Of a DNA stretch of 64,000 bases, positions 63,607-64,000 are shown piece by piece. Positions within the stretch are counted from its first letter, which is position 1. Each line of letters starts with the position of its first letter. The DNA comes from Eledone cirrhosa. Lineage: Eukaryota. The notes beneath the pieces are model-generated. The model searched no databases. It was given only the letters and a program-made list of their open reading frames with translations, and was not told the origin of the DNA. Position numbers and translations under genes: made by a program. The stretch covers positions 118,668,001-118,732,000 of the forward strand of contig OZ024742.1 in the NCBI GenBank assembly GCA_964016885.1, read 5' to 3'.

Positions 63607-64000
63607 TACTGTTGATATAGTTGATATAATAATATACATAGTGAAATTATGTAAATTTTTTATTTTGGTTCGTTAATTAAAAAAGTAATAATGAAATCTG
63701 GAAAAACATATTCAAGTTTGACAGGAAAATAGCTAAAGCTTGATATGTCATGAGTTTCTTTAAGATAGTCAACCAATTTTATTCTGTTGGAATATCATAG
63801 AAATTTATCCTTTTCATTATTTATTATTTATCAATGCTTATGAATAATTTCTATTGAATATAATTTTATTGACTGCCACCCCAAGATCTGAAGTTTTGAG
63901 AAAGATAATTCTTAAGTATTTTACATAACCATTTGGTTGAAAAAGTTAGAATCTCTCGTTTCCAATCTGGCAAAAAATATTTTTATCCTTTAAGGTTTAA

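Noticed and set aside
63607-64000. Polyadenylation site of the LIM gene
   Set aside because: Only weak variants (e.g. ATTAAA near 63676) occur in very AT-rich sequence, so the site cannot be placed.

Overview
AT-rich animal genomic DNA. The repeat families (RTE LINEs with (ATG)n tails, tRNA-derived SINEs, TTAA-flanked MITEs) suggest a cephalopod such as Octopus; this is inference only. The one host gene is an Ajuba-family (AJUBA/LIMD1/WTIP, fly jub) triple-LIM gene on the + strand. Its seven GT-AG coding exons (39057-63606) splice in frame into LIM1-3 plus a ~125-aa tail ending in a PDZ-type motif (ITEL*). No pre-LIM exon was found, so it probably lies upstream behind an intron of at least 39 kb. 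The rest is intronic and rich in mobile DNA: five large 5'-truncated RTE copies encoding RT plus a C4HC3 finger, CR1, L1/Tx1, R4-like and CRE-like fragments, SINEs, piggyBac-, Tc1/pogo- and hAT-type MITEs, a non-autonomous Helitron and minisatellites. The most interesting observations are: (1) five degenerate copies of a short element that starts with a conserved structured RNA motif resembling a hatchet-type self-cleaving ribozyme and, in the two complete copies, ends in an RTE-like tail; (2) inverted, near-identical RTE copies and a 138-nt hairpin around a frame-preserving 102-nt LIM exon; (3) a 60-bp minisatellite derived from a CRE-like endonuclease coding segment; (4) RTE subfamilies that appear to have swapped or captured 3' ends. 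All calls were made by eye, without database searches.
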